From the NCBI RefSeq assembly GCF_006345805.1, contig NW_021834501.1, positions 1 through 53,204 of the forward strand: a DNA stretch of 53,204 bases. The letters are read 5' to 3'. The stretch is from Octopus sinensis. Its lineage: Eukaryota. Positions 23,768-36,970 of this stretch are shown piece by piece. The notes beneath the pieces are model-generated. The model made no database searches. It was not told the origin of the DNA and saw nothing but the letters and a program-made list of their open reading frames with translations. The position numbers and the translations under genes are program-made. The stretch's first letter is position 1. Every line of letters begins with the position of its first letter.

Positions 23768-25943
23768 CACCCCAAGAACACCCAACCCCCCGGAGGTCAA
23801 GGATGACGTTTCTGAATTCTGCAGAAAACTTCGCCTAACAGAAGCTTTGACAGATATCAACAATGAGGACGACTCATTGATCAGAAATAAAAGCAACTTC
23901 CTACCACCAAAAGGGAGAATAAAAACACTGGACGATTTCTGCAAACACATCCAGAGTCTCCCCTTACCCCAAGCAAAACCAAGGTAAAATCCAATTTCAG
24001 TAAGGAAGAATGGGAAAACCTACGTGACATACAACTGGATAAAAACCTCACCATCAAAGAAGCGGACAAAGGGAGTGCTGTGGTCCTTATGGACACGGAA
24101 TTTTATAAACACCTAGTGTTTTCCATGCTTAACAATAACATTTTCTATGAGGTTATTAACAACTACAAACAGCAAAAAACAATCAGAAACCTCACCACAC
24201 TCATACGCCAACACGGTCAGGGACTCACAGAAAAAGAAAGGGATTATATCACCATTTTCAAATGCAAGCCCAGCCTTTTTTATGGCCTTCCTAAAATCCA
24301 TAAAAACAAATACATCACCGAAGCCTGCAAACTCTCCACTGACATCCACATCAACATCAAAGCACCGGAGGACCTAAAACTAAGGCCCATCGTGGCTGGT
24401 ACCTCCTGTGAAACACACCGCCTGAGTAACTTCCTAGACATCCTTTTGAAACCTTTCCTTACCCACATCAAAAGTTTCATTAGGGATGATCTGGACATGC
24501 TCAAACACCTCCCGAAAAAAGTTAACGAGGAGGCACTCCTGGTATCCTTTGATGTCATCAACCTCTACACCAACATTCCACATGAGTATGGTATAGAAGC
24601 AATGACTTGTGGCTAGAAAAACACCCAGAGACATCCCTGACCGCATTAACAAGTCTTTTATTACAGAATCTCTCAAGTTCATTCTGACAAACAAATTTTT
24701 TTCTCTTCGACGACACACACTACCGTCAAAAATGTGGCATTGCGATGGGTACCAAGGCTGCACCAGTCCTTGCGAACCTCATAATGGGTTACTTCGAACT
24801 GTCACTCTATGAAATATCAAGCCAGAAATTTGGACATGCTTTCCACACCTACCTAATGGAAAACTGGAAAAGGTATTTAGATGATTGTTTCATCATATGG
24901 AAAGAACCTTATGAAAAACTCCTGGAATTCAAAACCATACTAAACAACATACATCCCAACATCCAATTCACAATGGAATTAAGCAAACATCATCTCCCAT
25001 TCCTTGATCTCCTAATTATAAAAACACCAAAGAACCAAATCATAACAGACATCTACCACAAACCTACAGACTCACAACAATACCTCCTCTTTAGTTCATA
25101 CCACCCAAAACACACCAAGACAAATATCCCTTTCAATTTAGCTAAAAGGGTATGCACCATTGTCTCGGATCCAAAAACACGAGAAATACGCCTTCAAGAC
25201 CTCAAAAAAACACTATTACAACGTCAATATCCCTCCACCCTTATAGAGTATGGAATAAAACACGCCAAAGAACTAGACAACACTACACTGAAAACCACCC
25301 AACCTAACACCACACACAACCTCAAAATACTTCCATACATTTCCACCCACAACCCCAAAAATATCGAAGCATACACCACAATCATACAAAACCTCAGTCT
25401 ACTGTCAACAGACCCAAAAATGAAAACATTATAAATACACACAAAATCCTCAAATGCAAAAGGCAACACAAATCTTTAAAAAAACTCTTGACAAATGCCA
25501 AACTTCACACACCACATCCACCCCCAACAGTAAAAAAATGTGCACGCTCAAACTGTGGTACCTGCCCTTTTCTACTTGAAGGCTCTGAATTTACCTTCAA
25601 ACAAGGTACGAAGTTTAAAATCAAGACTAACTTCTCCTGTTCCTCCGAGAACCTTATCTACGTTCTCACATGCGCTGGTTGCCAACATAATTATGTTGGA
25701 CAAACGAGTCTCCCGTTACGTAAACGAGTAACGGTGCATAAAGACAAAATAAATCTCCCGGAATACCGACAAATTCCACTGAGTGACCACTTAGACTCAT
25801 GTGCTAAAGACTTAAACCCCAAATTCTATATATTCCCCTTCTACCAATGTAAAGACAGGATCACCACACAGGAGAGAATTAACAAGGAGAATCTCTTTAT
25901 TGAAAAATTCCAAACACAACTTAATATGCAAACTCCTCGTTGA
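23768..25943 (+). pseudogene. Frameshifted PLE polyprotein ORF (reverse transcriptase + GIY-YIG endonuclease), ~720 codons
   Basis: ORF-track pieces 24080-24616, 24609-24812, 24745-25434 and 25488-25943 join through frameshifts at about 23980, 24605-24625, 24705 and 25432. Confidence 0.88.
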
Positions 25944-26559
25944 TCAAACTTCCTTTCTCTACCTCACTCTTCATGGATGGACTAACACAAATATATAAAG
26001 ATACCAAGCTAAAACTTATATTCTTTAAATATCATTTTTACTATTGTTGTTATTACTATCATTTTTATTATAAATGATATGACAATTTGAAATGCAATTG
26101 TCTATGCAGATTTATATAATTAGAAAATAATATAAATAAAGTGTTAAAATCTGAAAGTTAAGTTAACAAGCAATTATATATATAAAAAAGATAACGCAAA
26201 TGAAGCTAAAATGATAATTTTATAATTTGGGTTTTATTGAAGAACTCAAAAGAGTTGTCTCCCCTTACTCACAACACAGGAACTGAAGAACCAGAACCAC
26301 AATTACTACTACTTCCTGTCCTGCAAACATGCTGAATTTAACAACACAACACATGCTCTTAATCCCTTTGGATCTTAACACCTCAAGGTAATTTTTTCGT
26401 GAACAACCATAAAACTCAAGATACACAACGAACTCACAATGTATCGGAGAACTTATTTTTTAATTTTTGTACATTTTTATCATTATTCTTTTACAAAAAA
26501 CAATACAATTTTCTTTTTTTCCCCTTTCTAATTTTTAAAAAAACTTTTTAAAACATAAA

Positions 26560-26600
26560 TATTCTTGACAAGTCATACAATGACGAAAACCGGTTGAATA
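26560..26600 (+). ncRNA. Degenerate minimal type-I hammerhead ribozyme in the PLE 3' repeat
   Basis: TATTC-TTGACAA-GTCA(tacaa)TGAC-GAAA-ACCGG-TT-GAATA: stem I TATTC/GAATA, stem II GTCA/TGAC, palindromic CCGG stem III. It differs from CTGACGA...GAAACCGGTC by three transitions and one extra A. Confidence 0.7.
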
Positions 26601-26693
26601 AATATATATTTATATATTTTATCAATTTCTCATTTTATTAAAATTTTCTTTCATTTGAGCATTCTGCATTTAAAAAAAAAAAATTTTTCCTTA

Positions 26694-27119
<426 letters not shown>

Positions 27120-27141
<22 letters not shown>

Positions 27142-27768
27142 AGGCTTCTTTTAGTTTCCATCTACTGAATCCATTCACAAGGCAATTGCAGGCCTGAGGC
27201 TATAGCAGAAGACACTTGCCCAAGGTGCCACATAGTGGGACTGAACCTGGAACCATATGATTGGGAAGAAAGCTTCTTACCACACAGCAACTCCTGTGCC
27301 TATATATATATACACACATATATATATAAAGAAAAAGGAACACAAATGGATTAAGTTTCTCTGCAACAAACATAATATGTATACAAACATACACACACAC
27401 AAACACATATCTTCTGCCACATATACACACATATATACACATGCCTATATACATGTGTGTGTCTGACAATAATACCAGTTCACCGTAGCTTTAACTTAAA
27501 CCTCAAGCCTGACCACAATGTCTACCAGTCACAGTAAATTATATGTCTGTGTTTATTAGATATCACGTACAATGTTTACATTACTGCTCTCTTTTGTACA
27601 TTTTCACTCTATACATACATGCATATGTATATATGCACATATATGCCTAAATGTACATACATACATGCATACATATATATATATATATCCATACATGAAG
27701 ATGTATGTACTTATTTATATATATGCAGACATATATACATGTGTATACACAAATGCATAAATATAGAC

Positions 27769-27804
<36 letters not shown>

Positions 27805-28050
27805 GCACACACACATACATATATACATACATACATACATAGACCAAACACATTTACACACAAAAACATGTGTATAATATATATGTGCACATACACACAC
27901 ACACACATACACACCACAAACATACACAGAAACATACACATACATACATATACACACACACACACATTTACACACGCACCACACACATATATGCATTTAA
28001 GCACAAACATTCAAAGCCAAACCCAAACACAGAAACACACCTGCACATAC

Positions 28051-28081
<31 letters not shown>

Positions 28082-28205
28082 TGCCCATACGGGTGTATAT
28101 ATGTGTATATATATATATGTGTGTGTGTGTGTGTCTATAGACACACGAGTGTATGTATGTGCGTATATATATATATTTATATATACGTACATCCATATAT
28201 ATATA

Positions 28206-28263
<58 letters not shown>

Positions 28264-28826
28264 CATGTGCATCCATATATATATATATATATACATATAT
28301 ATAACCACTTATCTTTATATGCATTTCTGCCTTAATGTATTATTTATAAGCACTAATTATTGGTTTTCCTTAAAACAAACACTAATAAACCTTATATTTT
28401 GGATAGAAAAGATCTTTGTCGCTCTGTCTCCCAGACTCTCATCTCCTATGTAGCTAATAATGGCTTTCTAGCTTCCTGTTTTGAATAAAACAAATAGGGT
28501 TGCCATTCTCATTACCATTTTGTTCAAGGAACAAGGAATTCTTCAGCAGTCTTTATGGCTTTTAATAATGTTACTTAATGCTGGCTTTTTCTGGGAAGAT
28601 TTGTGAATGCAGAGCGTTTTTCTCCTGGAGGTGTATGCGAGTGTGTTTATGTCGTGTGTGTGTGTGTGTTTAGGGTTGTGTTCTAAGAATTTGTGAATTA
28701 TTTGTAGGTCTTAGCTTCTACATGAATGTATATGTATAACATACATATATTTATGAGTCCACCAATGTGTACATATATATCTGTCTGTCTATATACTTAC
28801 AAGTATGTGTGCATGTGTGTGTGAGG

Positions 28827-28886
<60 letters not shown>

Positions 28887-28967
28887 CATACAGACATTCA
28901 CAAACCTACAGAACATGCACACACACATATATGTATTGTATATATACATATATATACCTACATACAC

Positions 28968-29012
<45 letters not shown>

Positions 29013-29301
29013 ATGTATATATATATATATGCATAGTATATATACATACATACATATACATACACACATATATATATATATATATATATACACGTACATA
29101 TATATATATATATACACGTACATATATATATATATATAATCATCATCATCATCATTTTGTGTCCACTTTCCCTTTCTGGCATAAGTTAGATGAAATGTGC
29201 TGATATGTATACACACAGACACACACACACAATCCATATATATAGGTATGTACGTACATACATACATACATACATACATACATACATACATGCATACATA
29301 C

Positions 29302-29341
<40 letters not shown>

Positions 29342-29400
29342 GGAGATGAAGAGGAGAGGAGTGAGAGAGAGCCTATGATATATATATATATATATGTATA
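27120..29400. repeat. Compound (TA)/(CA)/(TACA)/(GA) microsatellite field with SINE fragments
   Basis: Direct reading; family A SINE 5' half at ~27135-27300 on the minus strand. Confidence 0.85.
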
Positions 29401-29639
29401 TGTATATAGATTATGATCAACAACATCATTGTTTTTAACACCCATTTCCCATGCTTGCTTAAGTCGACAAAATGCATTATGGCAGTTCTTGTATGGCTGA
29501 AGGTTCTTCCGATCCCAAAGCCTTCCCCATTTGTGAGAAAGGTAATATTTTGAGTTAGCCTTTAAACCTGGAAGCCACCGCAATTTCAACAACAACATTT
29601 CTTTACACTTGTTGTGTAATGTTAAAACAGAGATATTCT

Positions 29640-30035
29640 TTTTTACTCTGGGTACAAGGCCTGAAATTTTGGGGGAGGGGGGCCAGTCGAATAGTTGGAC
29701 CCCAGTATGCAACTGATATTTAATTTATCAACCCTCAAAGGATGAAAGGCAAAGTCGACTTTGACAGAGTATGAACTCAGAACGTAACGGCAGATGAAAT
29801 ACCTATTTCTTTACTACCCACAAGGGACTAAACACAGAGGGGACAAACAAGGACAGACAAACGGATTAAGTCGAATACATCGACCCCAGTGCATAACTGG
29901 TACTTAATTTATCAACCCCGAAAGGATGAAAGGCAAAGTCGACCTCGGCAGAATTTGAACTCAGAACGTAACGGCAGGCAAAATACTGTTAAGCATTTCG
30001 CCCGGCCCGCTAACGTTTCTGCCATCATGCTTTCA
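29640..30035 (-). mobile_element. Two adjacent family B SINE copies
   Basis: GGATGAAAGGCAAAGTCGAC...GAACTCAGAACGTAACGGCAG occurs twice (~29740 and ~29925). Confidence 0.8.
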
Positions 30036-30094
30036 CCTAATGTGTGTGCGTGCACTTCTGTGTGTGCGTGTACGCACATGAGTGTGTGTGTGAC

Positions 30095-31325
30095 ATTTAA
30101 TGTCCGGTGTCCATGTTGGCATTGGTTGGACAGTTTGACCAGGGTTTGGCCAATCTGATTTGGCATGGATTCTGCTGCTGGATGTCCTTCCTAATGCCAA
30201 CCACTCTGAGAGTGTAATGGGTGTTCTTGCATACCACCAGCATGGGTACCAGTTGCGTGACACCAGTATCTGCCATGACTACAATTTCATTTGGCTTGAA
30301 GGGCTTCTCAAGCACAGCATATCCCCAAAGGTCTTGGTCATTTGTCATTGCCTCTGTCAGGACCAGCACTTGAATGGTACCTTTTACGTGCCAATTATAT
30401 GACACCAGCAGCAGTCACTATGATTTAACTTGGCTTGATGGGTCTTTTCACGCATGGCATGTCACCAAAGGTCTTGGTCATGAGTCATTGCCTCTCTGAG
30501 GCCCAACATTCAAAGGTCGTGCTTCACTACCTCATCCTATGTCTTCCTGGGTCTGCCTCTACCACAGGTTCCTTCGCCATTCAAGAATTTGGACCTGGAG
30601 AGCTCCATTTGCAGCGACTTCGAGGGCCACCTCCTAGTGGTGTCGGGTGTCAACGAAGAGCTCTCCACTACAACAAGACAACCAAAGTTTTTGTTTTTTC
30701 CAAGGTCTGGAGTCTCCTGCCCCTAAGCCCTAGACCATCACCTAATCACCCTTACCATTTTGTTGCTTAACAACAACAAGAACAGGTTCCTTCCAGAGTT
30801 TAAGATCAGCATTTCTTCAGACAGCAGTCCTCGTCCATATGCATCACATGACCAGACCGGTGCAGTTGTCTCTCTTGCACACCACATCTGATGCCTCTTA
30901 TGCCCAACTTTTCTCTCAAGATTCTCACATATTTTTGTACATGCGCACTGACATTGCACATCCAACAAAGCATACTAGCTTCATTTCTTTCAATCCTACA
31001 CATGCCCTCAGTGGTCACAGCCCAAATTTCACAACTGTGTAACATAGCTATTCGCATACAGGCATCATACAGTCTGCTTTCCATTCTGAGGGAGAGGCCC
31101 TTTGTTGCCACCATAGGTAGGAGATCTCCGAACTTTGTTCAGCCTAATCTTATTCTCACAGCTACAACCTCGGAGCATTCAACTCTGCTACTGACTTGGT
31201 CACCTAAATAATTGACGCTATCAAATACCTCTAGCTTACCCCACTGGAAGTTGATGAAGTCTGTTTTGTGTACATTTTCCGTGTTTATTGTACCCGTGTA
31301 CCTTCCACACAAAAAGACTATATTC
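30095..31325 (-). mobile_element. RTE-clade LINE 3' remnant (RT C-terminus + 3' UTR)
   Basis: KLEVFDSVNYLGDQVSS...RIRLG; ATKGLSLRMESRLYDAC...HSCEIWAVT...RNEASMLCWMCNV...LREKLGIRGIRCGVQERQLHRSGHVMHMDEDCCLKKC; EGTCGRGRPRKT; then the 3' UTR shared with the dispersed (GAT)n-tailed elements. Confidence 0.88.
30576..30781 (+). mobile_element. 206-bp retro-insert with 12-bp TSD and (AAC)n tail inside the RTE
   Basis: ACAGGTTCCTTC at 30564-30575 and 30782-30793. Removing the insert restores the RTE reading TLEGTCGRGRPRK. The insert ends TTAACAACAACAAGA. Confidence 0.85.
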
Positions 31326-31334
31326 ACAGTGAAA

Positions 31335-31735
31335 TGTAGGAGTGGCTGTGTGGTAAGTAGCTTGCTTACCAACCACATGGTTCTGGGTTCAATCCCACTG
31401 TGTGGCACTTTGGGTAAGTGTCTTCTACTATAGCCTCGGACCAACCAAGGCCTTGTGAATGGATTTGGTTGATGGAAAATGAAAGAAGCCCGTTGTATAT
31501 ATGTTCATATCTATGTATGTGTGTGTATATGTTTGTGTGTCTGTGTTTGTCCCCCTCAACATTGCTTGACAACTGATGCTGGTGTGTTCACATCCCCGTA
31601 AATTAGTGGTTCAGCAAAAGAGACCGATAGAATAAGTACTAGGCTTACAAAGAATAAGTCCTGGAGTCGATTTGCTTGACTAAAGACGGTGCTCAAGCAG
31701 TCAAATGACTGAAACAAGTAAAAGAGTAAAAGAGT
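31335..31735 (+). mobile_element. Family A SINE
   Basis: AGGAGTGGCTGTGTGGTAAGTAGCTTGC...GACTGAAACAAGTAAAAGAGTAAAAGAG. Confidence 0.85.
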
Positions 31736-32166
31736 ATGGGCACCTCTCACGTGCCCATAGCTTGCACCAGGTACATTTATGGGGTTTCTACCTATACCTT
31801 TCCTAGAGATTGAGCAGGGGCATCTACCTGAAGGGATTTCTGATTCATCTGCTTTCCTTCTTACTAAAACTTTGGCTTTTGTTAGGTTAACACTAAGGCC
31901 CTTCGATTCTGGACCTTACTTCCACATCGAACTTCTTTTCAGTTTTACACCCACCAAACCCACTCACAAGGCTTTGTTCAGCCTGAGGTTATAATAGAAG
32001 ATACTTAGTAGAAGGTGCCACACAGTGGGACTGAACTTAGAACATTGTGATTGAGAAGAGGGACATAAACATACCAACATTGGTTGTCAATCAATCGTGG
32101 GGGGACAAACACAGACACACAAATACATACATACAAACACACGCACATACATATATACTTATGCAT

Positions 32167-32210
<44 letters not shown>

Positions 32211-32212
32211 GT

Positions 32213-32745
32213 ATAATACAAAATTGGGACAAGAACGCAAAACATCCAGACAGTTAGGTGATACAGAAAAGGGACAACAAAATATCCGGACAGATGATAC
32301 AAGGAAGACAAGGATGGGTCATTCGGAGTTTTCTATCCTCAGTGCAGTTCCAGATTATCTTTGCAATTTCGGCTGGTTATGCTCGAGATTGCTCCAATCT
32401 GGCCAAACCCCAAGGAAAAAAAAGCTAAGAGTATTAGATTCCTTGGAAGAAAGCAGTGAATGTATATGAAAACAAGGACAGAAAAACAAAAAAACTGGAG
32501 AAATGTTACACAAATACAAATGCAATTAACAGGACATAACAACAGGTGTCTTTCAACTAAGGATGAATTAAATTAAGCTGGCATGAGTGAAAGTAAAGCC
32601 TTATGGCAGGGACATAAGATTTAACAGGCACAGGGAGGAATATAGATGTTGCATGGATAGTAGTCAAACCAAGAAAGAAAGGTCAGGCCTGGCTGAACAC
32701 TGGTCACATGGGGAGAGAAGAGAGAGAGGTAGAGGCAGAGGGATA
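32213..32745 (-). mobile_element. (TA)n-anchored interspersed element related to the 22.2-23.7 kb duplicated unit
   Basis: Shares GTTTTGCGTTCTTGTCC...TTTTGTATTA(TA)n, GATTGGAGCAATCTC, AAGACACCTGTTGTTATGTCCTG and CCCATGTGACCA in reverse complement. Confidence 0.8.
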
Positions 32746-33207
32746 GGAGAATTATATATTATATATACATTCACCGTCATCCTGACATGACAATTGTCAT
32801 CAGCTTCATCACCACCACCATTACCTCCGCCGTTACCATCTTCATACACCTCAGAAATATATACCAAAATATATTTTCACTAATCTATGCCATGACCACC
32901 ACCACCAGCATTAAATCACTCAGCATAACTAACTTAAACATAATATCCAAACACACACACACATCATCATCATCATCGTTTAACGTCCGCTTTCCATGTA
33001 CATGTACATATATATATATTCTCAAATATACACATATATATATACATATGTATATATATGTATATGCACATATACATATATATATATATATACATACATA
33101 TATATATATATATATACACACACATATGCACACAAACATATATATGCATATATATATACATATATATTTATGTATATATACATACATACGTACATACACA
33201 CACACAT

Positions 33208-33268
<61 letters not shown>

Positions 33269-33622
33269 TGCATGTATATATAAATATTTGCATATTACAT
33301 ATATATAATATATATATATAAATATATATAATATATACTGATGTACATAAATCATATAAATTGTAAAATAAAACCTGAGCCATCGGAAGAGGTTACATAA
33401 AAGATGCTGAACAAAACGTATTATATTTAATTATCAGATTTAATTAACGAGCTTTAATATAAAACTTCTCGTTATTTCTGTTGTATTTCGGGGCTTTTCT
33501 CATTTCTAATTGTTTCTGGCTATATCCATTGATGGTAGAATATGGTGAAGACAGTCTTAACAGATGTGGCAAGATGGGTGAGCAGGTGTCTGCGTGGGGG
33601 TCTTTATGTCTGTGTATGTATA

Positions 33623-33654
<32 letters not shown>

Positions 33655-33791
33655 GATATATATATTTACGCACACACTCACACACATGTATCTATGCATT
33701 CTTACATAATTTACATAATATATACATATAAATTAATTTATATATATAACTTATATGCACGTATGTATGTATCTGTTTATCTCTCTCTCTC

Positions 33792-33826
<35 letters not shown>

Positions 33827-34263
33827 GTATGTATATATATACACACACATGTATATATATATATATATGTATGTATATATATATATATATATATAAATTC
33901 ATATATTTGTGTATCTGTGGAAGAACAAGATATATATATATATTATATACATATGCATATAAAATATTAATATAAACATATGTATATAATTCATATCTAC
34001 ATATATATGAATTTATATATTATACACACACACACATTCGTATATACACATTATTATGAAAATCATATAAACCGCTTGGTGCAATATAATACCAGGGAAA
34101 TATAACACCAAGGAAAAAATTAATCATCACTAAATATGAGTGAGGTTGCTGAAGCACCAATATTGCTAGAAATAAGAGTTAAAGACTCTTCATGCTGTAA
34201 GAAATATGCAATATATATATATGCTGACAGGGGAGATAACCACCCCATGGCTGTCTCAAGAAA

Positions 34264-34303
34264 CACTAAACTAGTTTCACTTTTCTGAGGGATTATCAGT
34301 AGT
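34264..34303 (-). ncRNA. Degenerate minimal type-I hammerhead
   Basis: Minus strand CACTA-CTGATAA-tcctcagaaaagt-GAAAC-TA-GTT-TAGTG: perfect 5-bp stem I and palindromic stem III, but G8>A and a decayed stem II. About 40 nt upstream of (TA)n. Confidence 0.6.
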
Positions 34304-34529
34304 GACTACTCAAATTATTGATGGTTTGGCTAAATCCGTCTGCCAGTATATATATTTTTACCATAAAAATTTATATATATATATGGCTGGGTGGTAAAAT
34401 GTTTGCTTTCCAACCACATAGTTCCAAGTTCAATCCACTGTGTGATATCTTGGGCGTGTTCTGATATAGCCTTAGGCCAATGAAAGCCTTGAGAGTGGAT
34501 TTGGTCAACAGAAATTGAAAGAAGTCCCA

Positions 34530-34852
34530 GCTGGTGGCACATAAAAAGCACCATTCAAGCATCGTTGACGCCACTTTAGCCTAACTGACACCCATATTGG
34601 TGGCACAACAAAAGCACCATTCGAGTGTGGTCAATGCCAGTACCACTTGATTGGCTCCTGTGCTGGTGGCACATAAAAAGCACCCACTACACTCACGGAG
34701 TGGTTGGTGTTAGGAAGGGCATTTAGTTGTCGAAACCTTGCCAGATCAGATTGGAGCCTGGTGCAGCTGCTGGCTCTCCTGACCTCAGTCGACTCATCCA
34801 ACCCATGCCAGCATGGAAAACAGGCATTAAACGATGATAATGATGATGATAT
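34530..34852 (+). mobile_element. RTE-derived 3' tail element with tandem units
   Basis: GGTGGCAC..AAAAGCACC x3 plus the conserved tail and GATGAT end. Confidence 0.8.
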
Positions 34853-35100
34853 GTATATATTCATGTGTGTGTGTGTGTGTCTTTATGTCTATATTCATTG
34901 CCCTACCATTGTTTGACAACTGATGTTGGTGTATCTAAGTCTCCATAACCTAACAGTTCAGCAAAAGAGACCAACAGAGTAAGTACTAGACTTAAAAAGA
35001 ATAGGTCCTGGGATTGATTTCTTCAACTAAAAAACCTCTTTATGGCAGTGCTCCAGTATGGCTGCAGTTATATGACTGAAAACAGGTAAAAGAATGGATA

Positions 35101-35153
<53 letters not shown>

Positions 35154-35192
35154 ATACATACATATACATACACACACACACACATATATATA

Positions 35193-35337
35193 AGATGGAG
35201 ATGGAAATAGCATAGAAGTGAGTCTAAGACATCAATTTAAGAGGGAGTTTAATAAAGATGATTTTAAAAAATTTAATAAAGAAAATATTAAATTTAAATG
35301 TCTTAGACTTACTACTGTGCTATTTCCACCGCTATCT
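35193..35337. repeat. Imperfect inverted repeat, 40-bp arms, flanked by TA runs
   Basis: AGATGGAGATGGAAATAGCATAGAAGTGAGTCTAAGACAT versus reverse complement AGATAGCGGTGGAAATAGCACAGTAGTAAGTCTAAGACAT. Confidence 0.8.
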
Positions 35338-35433
35338 TTTATATATAAAAATAGGATTTGTATAGATCTCTAATCTTTTTTCAACCTATATATATGTATA
35401 TCATCTGCAGTGATGATTCTAAAATAAGGGTAA

Positions 35434-35770
35434 AGACCCCCTTCGGTCATGAATGACCATGGGATTGCACCTAGAAAGTTACCCTCCTAGACACAAGTCC
35501 GGGCAAGGTTGTTTATGGAAGACCAGCAGTCGCCCATGCATACCAGCCTCCCCGCTCCACGCCACCAGTGTTATCCTAGGGAAAGACAAAGGTCGATACA
35601 GCTTGGCACCAGTGACGTCGCAACTCATTTCTACAGCTGAGTGAACTGGAGCAACGTGAAAAATAAAGTGCTTTGCTCAAGAACACAACACGCAGCCCAG
35701 ACCAGGATTCGAGCTCACAACCTCATGATCGTAAGCTCGACGCTCTAACCACTGAGCCATGTGCCTTCAC
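35434..35770 (-). mobile_element. CORE-type tRNA-SINE (family D)
   Basis: Homologous to 1800-2129. Confidence 0.85.
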
Positions 35771-35825
35771 ATGTTGTATTCTAAAATACAACACTTAAAA
35801 ACCTAATGGCATATCTTTTTTCTAC

Positions 35826-35908
35826 CCCTCTGAAGAGATTTTGCCTAATATAATGATTTTGTTAATTACTATTTTATCTATTAGGCTTAATTGAAACAGC
35901 TGTAAGGG
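35826..35908 (+). ncRNA. Type-I hammerhead ribozyme with intact catalytic core
   Basis: CCCT-CTGAAGA-GATT.tt.GCCTAATA(28-nt loop)TATTAGGC.tt.AATT-GAAAC-AGCT-GTA-AGGG: all core nucleotides present, GUA cleavage triplet, stems I-III pair. The stem II closing pair is G.U. Confidence 0.85.
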
Positions 35909-36133
35909 ACCAGGTTTGATTTTTGTAGTTAACAAATTTTTATGAAATGTTATATCTCCAGTTTCTTACTTTCTTTTGAATGATAATAAAACCATGATAT
36001 ATATATAAACCTTTTGTTTTATGAATATTATTATTCACAACAAATATTAGGTACTGAACTAGTAATTCAGTGGATGATACCATCCCTTAATGAGGTTAAT
36101 TTAACTTCTAATTAAATTTACACACACACATAT

Positions 36134-36278
36134 ATTATAATATCAAGGCCTATTACTATGTGTAAAAGCGACATGCTTTAATGGGACCATAAATTCAAAC
36201 TACTTCAAACTAGTTTGACTTTAGAGTCCCATTAAAATGTGTAGCTTTCACAGATAGCAATAGCCTTGATGTTATAAT
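36134..36278. repeat. Imperfect inverted repeat, ~54-bp arms
   Basis: ATTATAATATCAAGGCCTATTACTATGTG...TTTAATGGGAC versus GTCCCATTAAAA...CACAGATAGCAATAGCCTTGATGTTATAAT. Confidence 0.8.
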
Positions 36279-36378
36279 GTATCTTATATGTAAAGGAAAA
36301 AACTATTATTTTGTACTAATTTTTAATTAGTTTTACATGCTGGCTATTCAATAAAATCTTATATAGATTTTATCCTTA

Positions 36379-36423
<45 letters not shown>

Positions 36424-36481
36424 CATACATATATATATATACATATATATATATATACATACATATATACATACATATATA

Positions 36482-36522
<41 letters not shown>

Positions 36523-36537
36523 TATATAATAACATAT

Positions 36538-36614
<77 letters not shown>

Positions 36615-36626
36615 TATAATATATTA

Positions 36627-36890
36627 TGTGATCACGTGACCAACCAGGCTATCAGATGTTGCTACACATCGCTGGTCACAATGCACTTCGCATTGTTTTA
36701 GCCTTCAGTGAGCAGGCCAACAGAAGAAAGAGTGAAGAAAGTTGGTGGCAAAAGAGTACAGCAGGGATCGCCACCACCCCTGCCGGAGCCTCGTGGAGCT
36801 TTAGATGTTTTCACTCAATAAACACTCACAACACCTGGTCTGGGAATCGAAACCACAATCCTACAACTGCGAGTCCGCTGCCCTTGCCAC
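36627..36890 (-). mobile_element. Family C tRNA-SINE
   Basis: Reverse complement of the 26799-27110 family. Confidence 0.8.
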
Positions 36891-36970
36891 TTATTATGTT
36901 AATTATAATAATAATAATAATAATATATTATATATATATAATATATATATATAATTATTATAATCATAAG

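Larger units (their letters stand above)
23764..26692 (+). mobile_element. Penelope-like retroelement (Neptune/Naiad-type architecture), 5'-truncated, between (TA)n tracts
   Basis: RT motifs IKEADKGSAVV, FYGLPKIHK, LRPIVAG, LLVSFDVINLYTNIP, GIAMGTKAAP..ANL.MG, RYLDDCF, LPFLDL, HPKHTKTNIPFNLAKR. Linker C-x4-C-x2-C, then GIY-YIG NLIYVLTCAGCQHNYVGQT...R...H...H. AT-rich 3' repeat containing an HHR. Confidence 0.93.

Noticed and set aside
27619-29303. Many IYIY/HTHT/VCVC ORFs across the window
   Set aside because: Dinucleotide microsatellite translations.
32300-32348. Minus-strand CTGAGGA...TCCGAATGACC as a hammerhead
   Set aside because: There is no GAAA or NUH with a pairing stem III, and no stem I found; it is unresolved without a family consensus.
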